The notes under the pieces were generated by a model, which worked only from the letters and a program-made list of their open reading frames with translations, had not been told where the DNA came from and did no database searches. DNA of 64,000 nucleotides from an uncultured Bacilli bacterium (GTDB lineage: Bacteria; Bacillota_I; Bacilli_A; RF39; UBA660). The stretch covers positions 17,032 to 81,031 of the forward strand of contig CAJUGE010000070.1 in the NCBI GenBank assembly GCA_910586295.1. Reading direction: 5' to 3'. Below, piece after piece: positions 60,129 through 64,000 of the stretch (position 1 is its first letter; each line of letters begins with the position of its first letter). Both the position numbers and the translations under genes were made by a program.

Positions 60129-60327
60129 AATAAAAACATTTGCTACATGCTTCATGATACATAATAATGGTAATACTATCCTTATTATGGCGAGGACTTT
60201 AGTGGCTACGCCACTAGACCCGCTCACAGGGTATACTTTGATACTATGACATTACATAGTATTTTTTAAATATTTAAAATTAGTACTTTGAAAGTCTTAA
60301 AATTTTTACTACTAATTTACTACTTTT
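60129..60327 (+). repeat. Structured intergenic repeat element of roughly 190 bp, copy 2, lying 3' of the kinase-like gene
   Basis: Near-identical to the reverse complement of 50602..50790. Contains hairpins CATAATAATGG/CCTTATTATG, GGCGAG...CCCGCT, and the inner AGTGGC-TAC-GCCACT. Confidence 0.6.
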
Positions 60328-60945
60328 AATAGCAAAAATATAAGGGATTATAAAAATATATGTGAATATATCCCAGAACAAAAGTATCAAAAACCATATA
60401 AATAAAGTTATAAAGATATTTAAGAACTTATGAAAAGTTGCTCAAAAAATACAATATTTTTAATTAACAATTTCTATGTTCGATCAATATTCTTATACTA
60501 TTTTCAAATAAATTAAAATAATCTATTCTTCTTTTAGCAAAAGCTTTATACACATTTTTACTTATAAATTCTATTTGTGTCTATTTCATCTATACAAGAG
60601 ATACTAACATTTTAAATGTTTTATAATATGTTAAATTTAAAAACAACGTATCTATTAAAGTAAGCAAAAGTTTTATTCCACTATTTAGTTTATATTTTGA
60701 TGCTTTTGATAATTCTGGTAAATAAGCCTTTATGAAATTCATACTGTTTTTCTAAATTTTATATTTAATATTTTTAATTCTATTATTTTAATAATACATT
60801 ATTTCAAATCTATGTTTTGCAAAGAGGTGAATTAAACTAAAAAAAGGTTTAAAGAAAATTCATTTTGTTTTATTGGTTAACTTTTGTTTTTCTTGACTTC
60901 ATTTTAAAGCTAATGTATGATATATCCTAGGAAGGAGAAATTTTT

Positions 60946-61404
60946 GTGTTAAAATGTAAAGAATTTAATCCGCTTAAATTAAAAGTTACTGAAGATAGGG
61001 TATTTCAGATTAATGGAAATCAAGAACATGTGGTTGATGACTTTTTTCTAAATTTGGAAGATTTGCACTATGGATTTAATATAACTATAGCTAATGGGGA
61101 AAGTGTAACTTATTATACTCAGCACCCTATAATTGGAGTTGGTGTTTCGGAAATAGAAAACGATATTATTTTAATCTATGAATATGGAAAATCTATTAAT
61201 TGGAAAATAAATAAAGTAACTGGAAGTATTATTCAATATGGTCAATTTGATAAAAAGCATAGATTAGATGTTAAATATTTTAAGAAAATTTATGGTTTAG
61301 GTGAGAGCTTTATTGATATTGCTAATTCTTATACGAGAAACCAAAATCCATCTATTAATCTTAATTCTAAAATGAGACTTTGGTTAAAATTAAAGCTTAA
61401 CTAA
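60946..61404 (+). CDS. Hypothetical protein of 152 aa, GTG start. Paralog of the next gene.
   Basis: RBS AGGAGG. Shares ...IGK(S/T)I(N/P)WK(I/V)N...G..IQ(Y/F)..F...YL.K..GLG...D...SY with 61529..61969. Confidence 0.45.
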   Translation: MLKCKEFNPLKLKVTEDRVFQINGNQEHVVDDFFLNLEDLHYGFNITIANGESVTYYTQHPIIGVGVSEIENDIILIYEYGKSINWKINKVTGSIIQYGQFDKKHRLDVKYFKKIYGLGESFIDIANSYTRNQNPSINLNSKMRLWLKLKLN

Positions 61405-61528
61405 TCAGATTTTTATAGAAGGAAAATTAAGATGTTTTTATAATAATTTAGACATATTAAGGAAGCAATTTTTTATTTTCTATAATATGTTAATAATTAT
61501 AAGATAAAGCTAGTGTTTAAATAGGAAT

Positions 61529-61969
61529 GTGTACAATATGATAAATTTAAGATTTGATAATCCTGCTTATTTATGGGATGATGGAAAAGATGGTAAGCGT
61601 TTTTTTGTTGGCAAGTATGGAGAATATCTTAGTAGTGCTGGAGGCGTCGTTTTTTGCGAAATTCATTATGGATTCTCTTTTACAAGTCAAACGAAAGAGA
61701 CTTTTCTTTTTTCTACTCAATGTCCAATATATGGAGCAGAAATTGATATGGATGGAATATTTGTGATTATGAAAGTTTTTGAAATTGGAAAGACCATACC
61801 ATGGAAAGTGAATATGGAGACAGGCGAGGTTATACAATTTGCTAAATTTTTAGATATATCTAGAAGAGATATGGAATATTTGAGTAAGAATTTCGGTCTT
61901 GGTGTAAATGATTTAGATGAAGTTAACTCTTATTTGGAAGGAAACTCTTTAAAGAAAACTTTATTATGA
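61529..61969 (+). CDS. Hypothetical protein of 146 aa. Tandem paralog of 60946..61404.
   Basis: Same conserved blocks as above. No recognised family. Confidence 0.45.
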   Translation: MYNMINLRFDNPAYLWDDGKDGKRFFVGKYGEYLSSAGGVVFCEIHYGFSFTSQTKETFLFSTQCPIYGAEIDMDGIFVIMKVFEIGKTIPWKVNMETGEVIQFAKFLDISRRDMEYLSKNFGLGVNDLDEVNSYLEGNSLKKTLL

Positions 61970-62069
61970 AATGTTTTCTTTTTTGTTTAGTAAGTGTATA
62001 GTCTATTGTGGAGTAATTGAAAATTTAAGATAAAACTAGTATAATTAAGTTATGTATTAAGGTGATTCT

Positions 62070-63008
62070 ATGAAGAAGTGTGCAGTTATTTATAATCCAG
62101 AAAGTGGTAAACCTAGAGATAAGAAAGATATAAAGATGTTACCATCTATTTTAGAGCTTAACGGGTATGATGCTAGTTTATGCCCTACTAAGGGGCCTAA
62201 AGATGCTGTTAATATTATTAAAAATTTACCAAATGATACAGATTTAGTTATTTGCTGTGGTGGAGATGGTACATTAAATGAAGGAGTCACTGGAAATCTA
62301 AGTAGAGATAATAAAATATTAATGGGACATTTACCTGTGGGAACTGTTAATGATGTTGGTAGCATGTATGGATTTACTAAGAATATGGTTGTGAATGCAC
62401 AGATGTTATGTGATGGTAGTGTTAGAAATATTGATGTTTGCATGATTAACGGAAAACCTTTTGTATATGTAGCTTGTATTGGAAGTTATGTAGATGCTTC
62501 TTTTAATACGCCAAGGAAACTTAAGAAAAAGTTTGGGAGACTTGCTTATTTTATGCATACTTTAGTTGAGTTAAAGGATAAAGTAAGATTATTTAATTTG
62601 ACTTATGAAGTTGATGATAAGATAGTAAGTGGTACTTATTCTTTTGTGTTTGTTTCTAATACATGTAGAATGGGTGGCTTTAATAATATCTATAAAGATG
62701 TTAAGCTGGATGATGATATGTTTGAAGTTGTACTTTGTACAGCTAAGACTAAGGCGGAACTTGCATTTTTAGGAACTAAGATACTTGCTGGAGAAATTAA
62801 ATCTATGCCAGGTTTAGAAGTTTACAAAACTAATAGGTTTAGAATTATTTTTGAAGAGATGCCACCTAGTTGGGTAATAGATGGAGAAGAGTATAAACAT
62901 AATACAAGGGAATTTCTTTTTACTATTAATAAAGATATAAATATGTTAATACCTGAAAAAAATATTGTTAAATTGTTTAGCTCTTTAGAGGAATATAAAG
63001 GAAAATGA
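62070..63008 (+). CDS. dagK: Diacylglycerol kinase family lipid kinase (DagK/YegS-like)
   Basis: Catalytic-domain motif VICCGGDGTLNEGV. 312 aa. Confidence 0.8.
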   Translation: MKKCAVIYNPESGKPRDKKDIKMLPSILELNGYDASLCPTKGPKDAVNIIKNLPNDTDLVICCGGDGTLNEGVTGNLSRDNKILMGHLPVGTVNDVGSMYGFTKNMVVNAQMLCDGSVRNIDVCMINGKPFVYVACIGSYVDASFNTPRKLKKKFGRLAYFMHTLVELKDKVRLFNLTYEVDDKIVSGTYSFVFVSNTCRMGGFNNIYKDVKLDDDMFEVVLCTAKTKAELAFLGTKILAGEIKSMPGLEVYKTNRFRIIFEEMPPSWVIDGEEYKHNTREFLFTINKDINMLIPEKNIVKLFSSLEEYKGK

Positions 63009-63018
63009 GGATGTTAGT

Positions 63019-63891
63019 ATGGTTATAGTAGGCAGAGATAGAAATGGAAAATTAGATATTGATAAAGATACAAAGTTTATGAAGTTTTTATATGGTAATG
63101 AATTTGGTAGGTTAATTGCTAGAGTTTTGGCATGTCCTTTTATATCTAAAGTAAGTGCATTATATTTAAATAGTTCTTTGTCTAGTCATATGGTTAAAAA
63201 TTTTGTTCTTAAAAATAATATAGATTTGAATTTATATGAAAAAAGTGAATTTAATAGTTTTAATGAGTTTTTTACTAGACTTAGGAAACGTGAAAATATT
63301 CATATTGATTATAATAACGATAGTTTTATTTCTCCATGTGATGGAAAGTTACTTGTATATAAGATAGGAGAGAATAGTGATTTTAAGATTAAAAATTCTT
63401 GTTATACTGTGAGTGATTTATTGAATGGGGATGCTATAAGTAATGAATATAAAGATGGATATATTTTAATTTTTAGATTAAGACCAAAGGATTATCATAG
63501 ATATGTTTATATTGATAACGGAACTAAGAGTAGAAATGTGAGAATACCAGGTATTTTGCATACTGTGAGGCCTATTGCGTTAGAGAGTGAACCAGTGTAT
63601 AAACGTAATGCTAGAGAGTATACTCTTCTTAGAACTCAAAATTTTGGGGATATAATTCAAATAGAAGTTGGTGCGATGTTGGTTGGAAAGATATGCAACT
63701 ATCATAATGATTGGCAGTTCAAACGTGGTGAAGAGAAAGGGCATTTTGAGTTTGGTGGTTCTACTATAGTTTTATTAGTTAAAAAAGGTATATTAGTTGT
63801 AGATGATGATATTTTAAAAAATACAAGTGAAGATGTTGAGACTTTGGTAGAATGTGGAATGCAAATTGGTAGGAAGAATAATATTGTGTAA
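63019..63891 (+). CDS. psd: Phosphatidylserine decarboxylase proenzyme
   Basis: Carries the FGGST form of the G(G/S)ST self-cleavage motif (FEFGGSTIVLL), 290 aa. Adjacent to dagK in a lipid-metabolism pair. Confidence 0.85.
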   Translation: MVIVGRDRNGKLDIDKDTKFMKFLYGNEFGRLIARVLACPFISKVSALYLNSSLSSHMVKNFVLKNNIDLNLYEKSEFNSFNEFFTRLRKRENIHIDYNNDSFISPCDGKLLVYKIGENSDFKIKNSCYTVSDLLNGDAISNEYKDGYILIFRLRPKDYHRYVYIDNGTKSRNVRIPGILHTVRPIALESEPVYKRNAREYTLLRTQNFGDIIQIEVGAMLVGKICNYHNDWQFKRGEEKGHFEFGGSTIVLLVKKGILVVDDDILKNTSEDVETLVECGMQIGRKNNIV

Positions 63892-63971
63892 TTATTGTGA
63901 AAATTTTTATTTCATAATATTGAAAAATGTTTCATAAAATGTTATTATTGAGTGGTAAGAGGAGGTGTATT

Positions 63972-64000
63972 ATGAAGAGAGGTAAATTAGTTTTATTATC
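63972..64000 (+). CDS. Start of an ORF (MKRGKLVLL...) that continues beyond the window
   Basis: ATG with AGAGGAGG upstream. Only 9 codons are visible. Confidence 0.3.

Overview
This is a 64 kb chromosomal window from an AT-rich (about 28-30% GC), spore-forming low-GC Firmicute (Clostridia/Erysipelotrichia-like). TTG and GTG start codons are common. The core backbone is origin-proximal and housekeeping: yabP-yabQ-divIC, pcrA-ligA, tilS-ftsH, parA-parB-DUF951-abgT-ychF, rpsF-ssb-rpsR, femAB, a ClpC-like ATPase, lysS with a T-box leader, dus, rplM-rpsI, htrA, dagK and psd. Accessory material is interleaved between these blocks.

The most striking accessory region is a five-gene TasA/camelysin-family locus at 15.9-22.9 kb. 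Three small secreted proteins carry SipW-cognate signal peptides (ATFAYFT / SFAYFTDG). Two tandem-duplicated giant membrane-anchored proteins (934 and 560 aa) consist of dozens of Cys- and Asp-rich Ca-binding repeats of the form DxDGDGK(C/P)DxNCD, resembling thrombospondin type 3 or dockerin repeats, and end in a TasA-like domain. No sipW gene is present in the window.

Other accessory features:
- Two Abi_2 (AbiD/F-like) genes inserted into conserved neighbourhoods: one between yabQ and divIC, one between rpsI and htrA.
- A 1.4 kb cassette at the 3' end of ftsH, bounded by 21-bp direct repeats, carrying a frameshifted DUF4143 AAA ATPase and four iteron-like repeats.
- A roughly 190-bp structured repeat family in inverted copies at 50.6 kb and 60.1 kb, plus a partial copy at 59.05 kb. 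The partial copy and the 60.1 kb copy flank a kinase-like gene with an in-frame stop.
- A frameshifted DUF3800 gene next to an HD-domain gene.
- Two paralogous lipoprotein genes in inverted orientation that bracket about 35 kb of core genes.

No rRNA, tRNA, CRISPR array, transposase or integrase was recognised.
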